DNA of 62,269 nucleotides from positions 1-62,269 of the forward strand of contig JAAXGT010000075.1 of the NCBI GenBank assembly GCA_012271205.1, given 5' to 3'. How positions within the stretch are numbered: position 1 is the first letter of the stretch; each line of letters opens with the position of its first letter. The notes under the pieces were generated by a model that worked only from the letters and a program-made list of their open reading frames with translations, searched no databases and was not told where the DNA came from. Source of the DNA: Rhodothermales bacterium. Lineage in GTDB: Bacteria > Bacteroidota > Rhodothermia > Rhodothermales > Bin80. Positions 1-10,629 of the stretch are shown here, in pieces. A program made the position numbers and the translations under genes.

Positions 1-171
1 GGCTATAACCGTGGGAATATATTCATACGTTCACAAAATAGATGCCATCGAACGGTATTATGTTGGCTGTAGAGGCCATTTTCACGTAGAACGCCTCCGA
101 ATTGTGCACCCACCAGACGCCCCGTGGTAATTCAGGCTAGTACCACGGGTGGGCAGGCAATCGGCAGATGA

Positions 172-1371
172 TCACAATAATTTATGCCAACCCCGAGGAA
201 CGCGTAAGTCGTCGGCTCCCAAAAAGGTGGCCAGGCTCGCCAATGAATCTCGGAGGCCGCCGACAAACGAGTGGTCCTGCTGGAATCCTGGTTCCAGGTG
301 CATGTGCCTGATCTCGAGTACGTTGCGGTCGCGATACAATTTTGGATCCAGTCGACCCACCAGCTTGCCGTTATGCAGGATAGGGAGAACGTAGTACCCA
401 TATTTACGCTTGGAAGGAGGGACGTAGATTTCAATTCGGTAACGAAAATCCAAGAGATCTTCGGCCCGCTGACGCTGCCACAAGAATGAGTCGAACGGGC
501 AGATCAGGGTAGTACCCCACGGTTCGGGGATTTGCGATAACGTGTCCATGTGTTCGATAAGCCCGTAATAAGTTCCGTCCATACCCGGCACGTGGCATTC
601 CGCAATTCGACCCGCCTTTAGGTTACGTGCGAGAATGTGCTTGCGCAATTTCGCATTGGGAGCAGGGGCTGTCCAGTAGTTCATCAGGTGTTTTTCGCTG
701 GCGATGCCGTTTCCAGAGAGACCGATGAGGAGCCAACTGTCCTCGAATGCCGCGCTACTTGCCGGCGTGGCTTCCGGATAGACACGTTCTGCCAGATCGT
801 ATACTCTCCGAAAATGTCGCCGACGTCGTACGGCCACTCTCCCGGCATGCCATAGAACCTGCAGCGCACGTTTGTCCTCCTTGGGAATGCCCCAACCAGA
901 GCGATCCGACGGCCTCCGCTCAAAATCAGCACTCTCAAGCGGGCCGTCCTGCCGAAGCCGTTGCAGCACTCGCCGTTTCACAGCCGGCGGAGCGTTGTAA
1001 CGCTCCCACCAAGCGGCATTGCGCCAGTTTTCCGGTGGAAATCGGCGCATACGTCTGAGTCCGAAAGGCAGATGTGAAATCGGCAGAATTGATGCCTCGT
1101 GTCCCCAGTACTCGTAGGCTATACGATCGTCATAGATCCAGCCATCGATTTGTTCACGCTTGAACGGACCAAAGCGGCTCCACAACGAAAGATAATGCGC
1201 TCGATCAGTGACGTACACACTATCAAGCTGCAAGGCACCTGTCCGTGTCAAATGATCAACGACGGCGTCTTGGGTAATGGGAACGGTACCTCTCGGACTG
1301 GTCAGCCCCTGTCGGAGGAGCCACAATCTAACAATTGTCTCGCGGCTGATGGTCACTGTTCGCTTGGGCAT
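172..1371 (-). CDS. ycaQ: YcaQ-like (HTH_42/AlkZ superfamily) interstrand-crosslink DNA glycosylase
   Basis: ALQLDSV (QxD motif of the YcaQ branch), YEYWGHEAS, RVYDLAERV, CPFDSFLWQR and YRIEIYVP..KRKYGYYVLPIL..GRLDPK motifs. Confidence 0.85.
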   Translation of the reverse strand: MPKRTVTISRETIVRLWLLRQGLTSPRGTVPITQDAVVDHLTRTGALQLDSVYVTDRAHYLSLWSRFGPFKREQIDGWIYDDRIAYEYWGHEASILPISHLPFGLRRMRRFPPENWRNAAWWERYNAPPAVKRRVLQRLRQDGPLESADFERRPSDRSGWGIPKEDKRALQVLWHAGRVAVRRRRHFRRVYDLAERVYPEATPASSAAFEDSWLLIGLSGNGIASEKHLMNYWTAPAPNAKLRKHILARNLKAGRIAECHVPGMDGTYYGLIEHMDTLSQIPEPWGTTLICPFDSFLWQRQRAEDLLDFRYRIEIYVPPSKRKYGYYVLPILHNGKLVGRLDPKLYRDRNVLEIRHMHLEPGFQQDHSFVGGLRDSLASLATFLGADDLRVPRGWHKLL

Positions 1372-1728
1372 AGTAATCTTTGGTTCGTGTTTCCTTTAGC
1401 TGGAATTCTCCCTATCCTGGTACTAACATAATTGAGCCACCATCCGGACACTATCCCTCGTTATTGGATGGAATGGGGATGTGTCTAAAGCACTTGAAGA
1501 GCTCAGGGGTTGCGGTATTTTCACCAGGTGCACATCTGCGATGGAATTGCATCCGGTCAAGGGGTAACAGCAAGCCATTCGACTTCCCGGGCTGCGGTAG
1601 ACGTTATCACTGAATTCCTCTTGAAGAGTGTGTCACACGCGCATGCCATCTTCGCAGGCGGCTATTTTTCAAGACCGACCGGAATTTCCTCATTGACTGG
1701 AGAATATGCACGTCAGGTATTGGAACGA

Positions 1729-3243
1729 ATGAATTCTACACAACGACACATTCTGATTATTCTGGATGGCTACGGCATTGCTGAGGATCGGTCTGTAAGT
1801 GCGATTGACCACGCACGCAAACCGTTTCTGGATGGACTGTTCGCCCGGTATCCTCACGGGCGGCTGGAGGCCTCGGGCCGCCCGGTCGGGCTTCCCCCAG
1901 GCCAGATGGGTAATAGCGAAGTTGGGCATATGAATCTGGGTGCCGGGCGAATCGTGAACCAGGAAATCACGCGTGTGGACTTGGCGATTGAGAACGGCTC
2001 CTTCTTCGAAAACGAAGTACTGGTGCGTGCAGCACGTCATGCCAAGGGCGGCCGCCTCCACCTGATGGGCCTCTTTTCAGATGGAGGTGTGCATAGCCAC
2101 CTGGGGCACCTTGTAGCACTTTGCGAACTTGCCCACAGGGAAGGGCTCTCGCGTGATCAGGTGTGTGTGCATGCCTTTACAGACGGCCGTGATGCCGATC
2201 CGCATGCGGGGGTAGCTTATGCGCGCACCTTTGAAACACGTGCCGGTCACATGGCTCGCATTGTGTCCGTAATTGGACGGTATCATGCCATGGATCGTGA
2301 TAAGCGCTGGGACCGTACAGAAAAGGCCTATCGCCTGTTGACCGAAAATGCTGGAACGCATCATGTGAGTGCAGTTGACGCGATGGGAGCCAGCTACGCA
2401 GCCGGCATAACCGATGAATTCATTGAGCCATGTGTCGTGGAGTCGGTCAAAGTGGAGAGCAGCGATGCGGTTGTTTTCTTCAATTTTCGGGCGGATCGAG
2501 GTCGCCAACTTGTGAGGGCTTTCACACAGCGGACGAGCGGAGCCCCATTCGATGTCATACCCTTCGAAAACCTGTTTTTTGCCACGCTTACGCCGTATGA
2601 CAAGACATTTGCGCTGCCCGTCGCGTTCGATAAATTGGATCTGAGCGGCACGATGGGAGAAGTCTTGGCTGCGCGCGGGTTGCGGCAGTTACGTGTTGCG
2701 GAAACCGAAAAGTATCCGCATGTCACGTACTTCTTCAGTGGCGGGCGTGAGGAGCCTTTTGATGGGGAAGACCGCATCCTGGTGAATTCGCCCAAGGTTG
2801 CAACTTATGATTTGCAGCCGGAAATGAGTGCACCGAAGGTCGCCCGCAGGTGTGCGGCAGCCATAGCCTTGAAGACTCATCATTTCATTTGCCTCAATTT
2901 TGCCAACCCGGATATGGTGGGGCACACCGGTGTTTTTGAGGCGGCAGTAAAGGCTGTGGAGGCGGTAGATGATGCGACCAGGGTCGTAGTAGAGGCTGCC
3001 CGCACACATGGCTTCGGCGTGACGGTCATTGCAGATCACGGGAATGCGGATCGTATGCGCAATCCGGATGGGTCGCCACACACCGCTCACACGACTGCCT
3101 TTGTGCCGCACCTGATTATCAAGGAGAGCTATACCGGGAGTGTCGCCGATGGGAAGCTGGCTGATGTCGTTCCGACCATACTGCATCTAATGGGGGAGTC
3201 GATCCCAGACGCCATGACGGGGTGCGTGCTGACAGATACCTGA
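1729..3243 (+). CDS. gpmI: 2,3-bisphosphoglycerate-independent phosphoglycerate mutase
   Basis: ILDGYG, GQMGNSEVGH, DGGVHSH, AETEKYPHVTYFF, NPDMVGHTG and ADHGNAD motifs; start placed at ATG 1729 rather than track start 1510. Confidence 0.97.
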   Translation: MNSTQRHILIILDGYGIAEDRSVSAIDHARKPFLDGLFARYPHGRLEASGRPVGLPPGQMGNSEVGHMNLGAGRIVNQEITRVDLAIENGSFFENEVLVRAARHAKGGRLHLMGLFSDGGVHSHLGHLVALCELAHREGLSRDQVCVHAFTDGRDADPHAGVAYARTFETRAGHMARIVSVIGRYHAMDRDKRWDRTEKAYRLLTENAGTHHVSAVDAMGASYAAGITDEFIEPCVVESVKVESSDAVVFFNFRADRGRQLVRAFTQRTSGAPFDVIPFENLFFATLTPYDKTFALPVAFDKLDLSGTMGEVLAARGLRQLRVAETEKYPHVTYFFSGGREEPFDGEDRILVNSPKVATYDLQPEMSAPKVARRCAAAIALKTHHFICLNFANPDMVGHTGVFEAAVKAVEAVDDATRVVVEAARTHGFGVTVIADHGNADRMRNPDGSPHTAHTTAFVPHLIIKESYTGSVADGKLADVVPTILHLMGESIPDAMTGCVLTDT

Positions 3244-3307
3244 ACGCTGACTTGTGGTGCCCCGTGTGATTCAAAGATCGAGGGTCAGGCGCAAGCGGCT
3301 GTGGGTG

Positions 3308-5083
3308 CTACCACAACTGGAAGTCCCAGGGCATTCGAGCCAAGGGCTCCCGCTGCATGTGTGAGAGCTCCTCAAGGAGCCGTGCCTCCTCTCGCAGTTT
3401 CGTTTTCCAGGGTGATTCGAAGAGCATGCGCGATCGCACCATCAGCACATCGGTGAATTCTTCCAGAATCGTCTTGGGTTTTGGCAACCGGAAAATGCGG
3501 TATTGATCTTCTTCCAGGCTGGCCATTTCTGCAGCCAGGACAATCGCCGTATCCAATTCTCCCATTACGTCGGCCAAGCCCAACTCGTATGCGTCTTGGC
3601 CGGTCCAGATACGGCCCTGGGCAAGTTCCTCAATACGTTCGATGCTCATGCTGCGACTGGCCGCCACCTTCCGGACAAATTCTGTATATGTTTCGTCGAT
3701 TGCTCCTTCCAAAAGCGCTCTTTCACGGGCATCAAGCGGTGTCATGCCGGAAAACATATCGGCAAAGCTGCCGGTGGCCACGATGTCGGATGTTATACCC
3801 AGCTTCGATTCCATCATCTGTCCCAAACTGAAGTGGATACCGTACACACCAATGGAGCCTGTTATTGTTTGGGGGGATGTGACGATGGTGTCACCGGCCG
3901 TGGCCAGCCAGTATCCCCCGGATGCAGCCAGGTCACCCATCGAAATGACTACTGGTTTCTCGGCTGCGGTCAAGTCAACAGCGTGCCACATGGCATCGCT
4001 GGCGGTTGCACTTCCGCCCGGGGAGTCAATCCGTACAACAACAGCCTTGATCCTGTCATTCTCGCGAACGCTGCGCATGGCCTTTTCGAACGTTGATGAT
4101 CCGACGTTGCCGGCCCGGGTCGAGCTTTCGCCGCCAGTAATGATCCCGGACGCGTAGACGACGCCGATGGCACCTGCGCTTCCGCTACGGCTATCTGCTC
4201 TGGAGGAGGCGACATACTTGTAAGACTGGAGCCGAATGCGGCGCATATCCCCGGAGCGGCCGATTGCTGATTGAATGCGATCCTGAATCTCGTCATTGTA
4301 AAAGAGGCCATCAAGCAGGCCTTGTTCATGCGCCTGGGAGGCCGTGATCAAGGCCTCTTCCACCATCAGTTGTGACACTTCCTCTTCCGTCAGCTTTCGG
4401 CTGTCCGCTATTGTGCGTGTCAGCAGCCCGTACCACTGATCTACAAGTGCCTGTAACTGCTCGCGATTTTCCTCAGATAGGTTTTCTCGAAAAAACGGCT
4501 CCACGGCCCCCTTGAATTTACCCGCGCGCAGGATTGTAGGCTCAATCTCGAGCTTGTCTAATAGCCCTTTATAAAATGTTACACCAAGATAAAGGCCGTT
4601 GAACTCGAAGAATGTCCCGGGAGCTGAATAAATGCTGTCGGCTGCGCTGGCCAGGAAATAGTCGGCCTCATTCATGCCGTAGTCCCCCCCGGAGGCGTAC
4701 AACGGTTTGCCGCTCGACTTGAATTCAACGAGTGCTTTTCGGATTTCATCCAGCGTGGCCCATCCTGCCTGAACGCCCTGCGGACGTATCCATACGGCTT
4801 CGATTTGTGGATCTGATGTGGCTTCACTTAACGATTGTTTAATGTCGTGCAGCCCAAAACCGGGCCTTGCATCAATCAAATTCAAAAAGGGATCGTCGAT
4901 GGTTAGTTCGGGCACTGGGCCAGACAGGTCCAAGACAAGCACGGACCCGGTTTGGACGGAAGGAGTAGTAGACGTGGAAGATGCCACAATAGCTATCACG
5001 AACAGGGCACCAAGAATAAGGAGCAGACCCAGCGCTATGAGAGTGCCCAAAACGCTCGCAACCAGCACAGAAAAGAATCGCAT
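3308..5083 (-). CDS. sppA: Signal peptide peptidase SppA, 67K type (protease IV)
   Basis: N-terminal TM helix, two S49 domains, GKFKGAVEP, RIDSPGGS, SMGDLAASGGY and TITGSIGV. Confidence 0.95.
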   Translation of the reverse strand: MRFFSVLVASVLGTLIALGLLLILGALFVIAIVASSTSTTPSVQTGSVLVLDLSGPVPELTIDDPFLNLIDARPGFGLHDIKQSLSEATSDPQIEAVWIRPQGVQAGWATLDEIRKALVEFKSSGKPLYASGGDYGMNEADYFLASAADSIYSAPGTFFEFNGLYLGVTFYKGLLDKLEIEPTILRAGKFKGAVEPFFRENLSEENREQLQALVDQWYGLLTRTIADSRKLTEEEVSQLMVEEALITASQAHEQGLLDGLFYNDEIQDRIQSAIGRSGDMRRIRLQSYKYVASSRADSRSGSAGAIGVVYASGIITGGESSTRAGNVGSSTFEKAMRSVRENDRIKAVVVRIDSPGGSATASDAMWHAVDLTAAEKPVVISMGDLAASGGYWLATAGDTIVTSPQTITGSIGVYGIHFSLGQMMESKLGITSDIVATGSFADMFSGMTPLDARERALLEGAIDETYTEFVRKVAASRSMSIERIEELAQGRIWTGQDAYELGLADVMGELDTAIVLAAEMASLEEDQYRIFRLPKPKTILEEFTDVLMVRSRMLFESPWKTKLREEARLLEELSHMQREPLARMPWDFQLW

Positions 5084-5259
5084 TGTTTTATGGGAATTTG
5101 TAGTGCATTACGCTTTCGAGCATAGCCGGTTGCGGATCAAGCGAAACCGCGCTATTGGCCACGGGTAAATCCTGTAGTCCAAGTGGCCATTATGGCAGCT
5201 TGTGCCGCATTGGCCTGCGTTGAACTACACGGCAAGGCTTTTGCATATTACTCATTGTC

Positions 5260-6339
5260 GTGACTCCATCCGGATCCACATATAGCCCACATCAAGTGCT
5301 TTCCCAACGGGAACAGTTAATTCTGAGCCTTGTGGTGCGCAGCTTTATCGATACGGCCGGGCCGGTCGGATCCCGTACGTTGGCGAAGAGCTATCCGCTC
5401 GGCCTGAGCGCGTCTACGGTCCGAAATACCATGGGTGATCTGGAGGTTTCAGGCTATTTGCGCCACCCCTATACGTCTGCAGGCCGAATGCCGACACAGC
5501 TGGGGTACCGGGCATTTGTGAATGGACTCAAGGATACACACGAACTCTCGGCGGTCGAAAAGAAGTTACTTAAGGCAAAACTTGACCGGCTAATGCGTGA
5601 TGCCGACGATCTTTTTCGGGAGAGTTCCAAGTTGCTCGGCCGGATGTCCAACCTGTTGGGAGTCGTGCTCAGCCCGAAGATGTCAACGGGTGTGCTGGAA
5701 CGGCTGGATGTAGTGCCCTTGTCTTCACCCAGCGTCATGATCGTGATCAGCGTGCGCAGCCGGTTGGTCAAGACCATCATCTACGAAACAGAAGTAGACC
5801 TGAAACGGCGCGATTTGGATCGAATCGTGTCCATCCTAAACGAAAGACTGGCCGGACTCCGGCTCGATGAAATTCGCCGCACTTATGCAACACGTACCAA
5901 GGATATCGATGATGATCCAACTGGTATTGTTCAGTTGATCCTGAATGAATCATCACAGTTGTTTAGTGATCCTGTGGTCGGCCGTGTCAGCCGTGCGGGC
6001 ACGCAGGGTCTCTTGCGGCAGCCGGAGTTTCAGGATTCGCGAGAAGTGCAACAGCTCATCCAAGTTATTGAAGATGAGGGATATGTTGTGCAGCTCTTCG
6101 AGCGTGCCCAAGAATCGGGGGACGGCAAGCAGGGCCGGGCTGTGGTCACTATCGGAAGCGAGTTGCGCGACGAGTCAGCCAAAACCTATTCCATAGTCAC
6201 GGCCCGCTACAAGGTGGGCGGAAGCACGGGAATGGTTGGCGTGCTTGGGCCTATGCGAATGGATTACGAGCGGGCGATTGCACTGGTTGAAAGCATGGCC
6301 TCACTGCTAAACCGGTCCATCTTGTCTTCGCCACAATAG
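5260..6339 (+). CDS. hrcA: Heat-inducible transcription repressor HrcA
   Basis: PVGSRTL, SASTVRNTMGDLE, PYTSAGRMPT.LGYR and GVLGPMRMDY; upstream of grpE-dnaJ. Confidence 0.96.
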   Translation: MTPSGSTYSPHQVLSQREQLILSLVVRSFIDTAGPVGSRTLAKSYPLGLSASTVRNTMGDLEVSGYLRHPYTSAGRMPTQLGYRAFVNGLKDTHELSAVEKKLLKAKLDRLMRDADDLFRESSKLLGRMSNLLGVVLSPKMSTGVLERLDVVPLSSPSVMIVISVRSRLVKTIIYETEVDLKRRDLDRIVSILNERLAGLRLDEIRRTYATRTKDIDDDPTGIVQLILNESSQLFSDPVVGRVSRAGTQGLLRQPEFQDSREVQQLIQVIEDEGYVVQLFERAQESGDGKQGRAVVTIGSELRDESAKTYSIVTARYKVGGSTGMVGVLGPMRMDYERAIALVESMASLLNRSILSSPQ

Positions 6340-6352
6340 CAAACCAAAACGT

Positions 6353-6988
6353 ATGGTAGAAAGCAGCATGACAGAGGATTTAGAGGACGACGCTGGTCTT
6401 GAGGTTGAGGCGTCGTCGTCGACTGATTTGGAAGAACCTGACTTGACAGATCAGTCTGCCAATAGAATTGCCCAATTAACTGAAGAGCTTAAGGCCGCCA
6501 AGGATCAGCACTTGCGCCTGGCGGCAGAGTTTGAAAATTTCCGGCGGCGAATGGATCGGCAGCGGGCTGAATGGCCACAGCGTGCCCGAGGGGAAGTAGT
6601 TAAGGTTATGTTGCCTGTGCTAGACGATTTTGACCGATCGCTTGATGCAGCGGCTCAAGTGGACGTTGGAGGGGCCGCATTTTCAGCGCTTCGTGAGGGC
6701 GTAGATTTGGTGCTGAAGAATTTTTGGGAACGGCTTGAAAAGTTGGGGCTCTCGCGAATAGATGCGGAAGGACAGCCCTTTAACGAGGAGCTGCATGAAG
6801 CGATCATGCAAATGCCCGCGCCGGACGGCGTCGATGTCGGCACGGTGCTGAAGGAAGTGCAGCGGGGGTATCGCATGGGGGCACTCGTATTACGCCATGC
6901 ACAAGTTATAGTGGCCGCTGTACAGGAGGAAGATTATGAATCCGGGAGCGAGTCAGAGAATGTCCCGGCGGAGGTGGAGGTTCAATGA
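6353..6988 (+). CDS. grpE: Nucleotide exchange factor GrpE
   Basis: [32 protein letters not shown] and [16 protein letters not shown]. Confidence 0.97.
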   Translation: MVESSMTEDLEDDAGLEVEASSSTDLEEPDLTDQSANRIAQLTEELKAAKDQHLRLAAEFENFRRRMDRQRAEWPQRARGEVVKVMLPVLDDFDRSLDAAAQVDVGGAAFSALREGVDLVLKNFWERLEKLGLSRIDAEGQPFNEELHEAIMQMPAPDGVDVGTVLKEVQRGYRMGALVLRHAQVIVAAVQEEDYESGSESENVPAEVEVQ

Positions 6989-8154
6989 GAGATTACTACG
7001 AGGTGCTCGATGTTCAGCGGGATGCTACGCCGGAGGATATTAAGAAAGCGTACCGCAAGAAAGCCCTCCGCAATCATCCCGATCGTAATCCTGGAGATAA
7101 GGAGGCCGAGGCGCGCTTTAAGGAGGCGGCTGAGGCCTACGAGGTCCTCAGCGATAGTGACAAGCGGGCACGCTATGACCGTTACGGCCATGCGGGATTG
7201 CGTGGTGGAGCCGGGGGCGGGCCCGGATTCACGGACATCAACGACATTTTCAGTGCGTTCAGTGACATTTTTGGCGGGGCTGCTGCTGGCCGGGGTGGGT
7301 CGGTGTTCGACAGTTTTTTTTCCGGTAGCCGTCAGCATACTCGCGAGCGGGGGCAGCGCGGTGAGGCACTCCGCATGCGGCTGCCGCTGACGCTGGGAGA
7401 GATTGCGGAGGGCGTTGAGAAGCGCATCAAGGTACGTCGCTTTGTGTCATGTGAGGAATGTGGTGGCAGCGGTGCGGAAGGTGGATCTGATGCAATGAAG
7501 GCGTGCATCGTCTGCAACGGGTCCGGTGAGGAGCGGCGCGTTCGCCAGAGTCCGCTTGGTCAGTTTGTAAGTGTGATCCCATGCCGTCATTGTCGTGGTG
7601 AAGGTCAAGTGATCGAAAATCAGTGCGTGGCATGCAAGGGGCAGGGCCGCGTGGATGGCGAGCCTACGATCAAGATTAACGTGCCGGCTGGTGTAGAGGA
7701 GGGAATGACGATTAACTTGCGTGGTCAGGGCAATGCCGGTGTTCGTGGCGGCTCTGCAGGCGATCTGCGTATTGAGATTGAGGAGTTGGCGAATGAGCAT
7801 TTTGTTCGCGATGGTAACGACCTGTTGTATGATCTGTACATATCGTTCCCGGATGCGGCACTCGGTGCGGATGTTGACGTGCCCACGTTAAAAGGGCGTG
7901 CACGTGTTCAAATTGATCCGGGCACACAGTCCGGCAAAATTCTGCGAATGCGTGGACGCGGTCTGAGCGGGCTGCATTCCAGCCGGCGAGGCGACCAGTT
8001 GGTGCGAGTGCACGTGTGGACACCTCGTAATCTGTCTGACAGAGAAAAGAAGGCACTGGAAGATTTTCGAGAATCGACCGCGTTCAGTCCGAGCGGAGAA
8101 CGCCAGCGCGAGAGTAAATCGATTTTTGATCGTGTGAAAGACGTGTTCACCTGA
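6985..8154 (+). CDS. dnaJ: Chaperone DnaJ
   Basis: J domain with HPD, G/F-rich region and four CxxCxGxG zinc-finger repeats. Confidence 0.98.
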   Translation: MRDYYEVLDVQRDATPEDIKKAYRKKALRNHPDRNPGDKEAEARFKEAAEAYEVLSDSDKRARYDRYGHAGLRGGAGGGPGFTDINDIFSAFSDIFGGAAAGRGGSVFDSFFSGSRQHTRERGQRGEALRMRLPLTLGEIAEGVEKRIKVRRFVSCEECGGSGAEGGSDAMKACIVCNGSGEERRVRQSPLGQFVSVIPCRHCRGEGQVIENQCVACKGQGRVDGEPTIKINVPAGVEEGMTINLRGQGNAGVRGGSAGDLRIEIEELANEHFVRDGNDLLYDLYISFPDAALGADVDVPTLKGRARVQIDPGTQSGKILRMRGRGLSGLHSSRRGDQLVRVHVWTPRNLSDREKKALEDFRESTAFSPSGERQRESKSIFDRVKDVFT

Positions 8155-8178
8155 GCAATCACGGGCACAAAGTTCGTA

Positions 8179-8697
8179 ATGAGTTCAGAAGTGGATGGCG
8201 AGGCCTTGCGACAGGTCATGCGTTGGGTGCCGTCGCCGGTGACGGTGGTGACGGCTGCGACACCTGATGAGATTCGTGGTATTACGATAGGCTCCTTTAC
8301 CAGTGTCTCACTCGATCCACCGCTTATTTGCTTCAATGTGTCCGACACCTCGCGCATGCATCCGGTAATCTGCGAGGTGGAGCGGTTTAATGTGCATGTG
8401 TTGTCGGACCGGCAGGTCAAGCTTAGCACATCGTTTGCCGAGCCGGAACGTGGTGGCAAGGAACAGTTCCAGGATGTGCAGTACACCCTGGATCCGTATG
8501 GCATTCCTGTTCTGCAGCGTGTGGTTGCACAGTTAGCGTGCAAGTCGCACGCGGTCTATCCGACCGGAGATCACGTCATGGTAGTGGGTCGCGTATGCAG
8601 CATCAAGGTCGATGAGCGGCGCAGGCCATTAGTCTTTGTGCAACAGGGCTACTTCAGACTGGGCCAACGCATCGCCGCGGGCAAGCAGCTCCTTTAG
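8179..8697 (+). CDS. Flavin reductase (HpaC/RutF-like) family protein
   Basis: SFTSVSLDPPL and GDHVMVVGRV motifs. Confidence 0.9.
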   Translation: MSSEVDGEALRQVMRWVPSPVTVVTAATPDEIRGITIGSFTSVSLDPPLICFNVSDTSRMHPVICEVERFNVHVLSDRQVKLSTSFAEPERGGKEQFQDVQYTLDPYGIPVLQRVVAQLACKSHAVYPTGDHVMVVGRVCSIKVDERRRPLVFVQQGYFRLGQRIAAGKQLL

Positions 8698-8721
8698 GTC
8701 ACTACGACTATTTGTAACAGA

Positions 8722-10105
8722 GGCTTTTCCTCCAATCGAGTGGGTTTAGTGGTAGATTGAATAGCACCTGCAATGGGCTGGATGGGATTCTTAGCCGTGT
8801 CCGGTCTGTTTTGGGACATCCTAACGCAGTTGTTCACCGTTGAGCATCCCCTCTACGATAGGTCCGTGCGAGCGAAAGATTTTAGCCGACTCTGAGGTCT
8901 CCCGGCGCCCGGGGAGGTTTCGGAGATAACGCGGGCCCCTAAGGAGCGAGCCGTCCCGGTTTACGGGACCGGCATGGACGGTGCGGCGCGGACCGGTCCA
9001 CCGTGTAGCGTCGTTGGTCCACGCTACGATCACCGCCGTCGGCCATGCGTCACCGGGACCGGTGCGCCTACCGGACCCTGGTCGTGGCGGACTTTCCTCG
9101 GGTAGACGGCCCGACGCCTAGTGGGCACACGGGGCCCCTTCCAAGGGTGGAGGCGAAGTCGCGGTTCCCGATGGAGTTGGAGTCTTTGGTGATGGATGGG
9201 CGGCCGGAGGCGAGTGGGTCGGCGGGGGCCCGTCTGAGGGGGGGAGCTGGACGGCCCTAGACCGGATCAGGCAGCAGGCGGGGCCACGGGGGCTGGCGGG
9301 GAGCCCGGCGCTCACCTTGGCGTAGACGAGACATCGTTCCGTAAATGGCCTGATTAGGTCACCCTTGGGTCCGATGCTCAAGTGGGCCCCGTGCTGCATG
9401 GGGGGTAGACCGGACGAAAGCCGCCCTTGCGCAGGGGTATACCGGTCTCACGTCGGAGCAGCTGGAGAACATCGAGCGGGTTCGCATGGATAGGTGGCCG
9501 GCCTCGATCAACGCCACGCTGGAGCCTGGGCTTGGGGCCCAGCCGAAGGGGGCGTTGGACCGGTTCCACGGGGCTCCATGTCTGAATGCGGCCGTGGACC
9601 AGGGGCGGCGTCCGGAACACCGGGCCTGGATGAAGCCCGGACGGCCCGATCTCAAAGGGACCCGATAGGACGGGTGGACCCACCCGGCCCACCGGCCGAC
9701 GGCCCGTTTCGAGCCGTGGCGTACCCGTACGTTGAAGACGGCCCGAGCGGGGGGCCTCCAAGATCGGGCCCAGCCGTGGGGGTACGATGCGTGCCGCCCC
9801 GGGGCCCGCCAAGACGGGGAGAGCAAGTGGTCCGGGGTGATGCGGGGCCGACTGGAGCCGATCAAAGCGGCGGCCCGGACCATCCAAAGACACCGGGGGG
9901 GTATCCTTAATGCGAGGGCCCTCAAGGGGAGCCAGGGTCCGGCGGAAGGCCTCAACCGCCGGATCCAAACCATCAAAGTGCGTAGTAGCGGCTTTCGTAA
10001 CCAAAGCCGGTTGGCCCACGCCATTTACTTTCACCTTGGAAGTCTCGATCTATACCCCGAAAGCGTCCACAGGTAAACGTACCCACTTAAAACCAACGAA
10101 GAACC
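8722..10105 (+). mobile_element. ISL3-family insertion sequence, degenerate (about 1.38 kb)
   Basis: Left end GGCTTTTCCTCCAATCGAGTGGGT (8722) and right end, read in reverse complement, GGTTCTTCGTTGGTTTTAAGTGGGT (10105) form imperfect inverted repeats; ISL3 transposase remnants lie between them; no target duplication visible. Confidence 0.85.
8866..10076 (+). pseudogene. ISL3 transposase pseudogene (stops, frameshifts, heavy substitution)
   Basis: Fragments match ISL3 motifs: RYDHR..RH(L)D..C, PRV.(C)P, LKTARA(W), RLEP and GILN..S.GPAEGLN..I..IK.RS.GFRN..AIYFHLG.LDLYP; in-frame TGA at 8893. Confidence 0.88.
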
Positions 10106-10629
10106 AAGCAAATGGCAAGTTAGCCCAATTTCCACGAAATTCCGTTTGGCCACGCACGAGCAGTTGATGGAAGGTCGGTCAGGATCATGCTGGTATCGGC
10201 TCCACGTGGCCAGAATCCGATGTCTGTGTGGACGTTTAGATGTAGAACCAACTGCTAGGAAATCCGTGTGGCAAGTGCCGTATACGCTACTCCAGTCGGG
10301 CGCAATACTGTCGGGTTAGGCGGTCCTGCGACGACAGTCAGCATTTCAAATCCGGGGAAACGTGCTTGAGTCGCCGTTTCAAGACGCGGTGTCTTCTGTA
10401 AATTAAGGGAGGCTATCAGATTCCCCTGACCGGAAAGCGAAGAAATGGGGCTCATGCGAGCCACGACTTGCCCGCGACCACGAATACTAATGAGTACGAA
10501 GGCCCGGAGAAAACTCGATACAAGGACGGCTATTCCCATGCACTTTTTCGATTCTTCGCTGCTTGGGTACGTTCCAGTTGTACGCCAACGTCGTAGATTT
10601 GGGTGATTCGTAGAGCACAGCGACGGAAA

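Noticed and set aside
172..1371. YcaQ-like glycosylase as the effector of IS hypermutation
   Set aside because: A widespread repair gene with no link to the IS loci; no gene in this window can be assigned as the cause.
9118..10034. Long GC-rich ORFs on both strands (9359-10024, 9378-10034, 9494-9910 and others)
   Set aside because: Shadow frames of the degenerate ISL3 transposase; GC enrichment removes stop codons.
10106..10629. Possible T-box or attenuator leader before leuS; ORF 10255-10968 on the minus strand
   Set aside because: No T-box consensus seen; the ORF is largely antisense to leuS.
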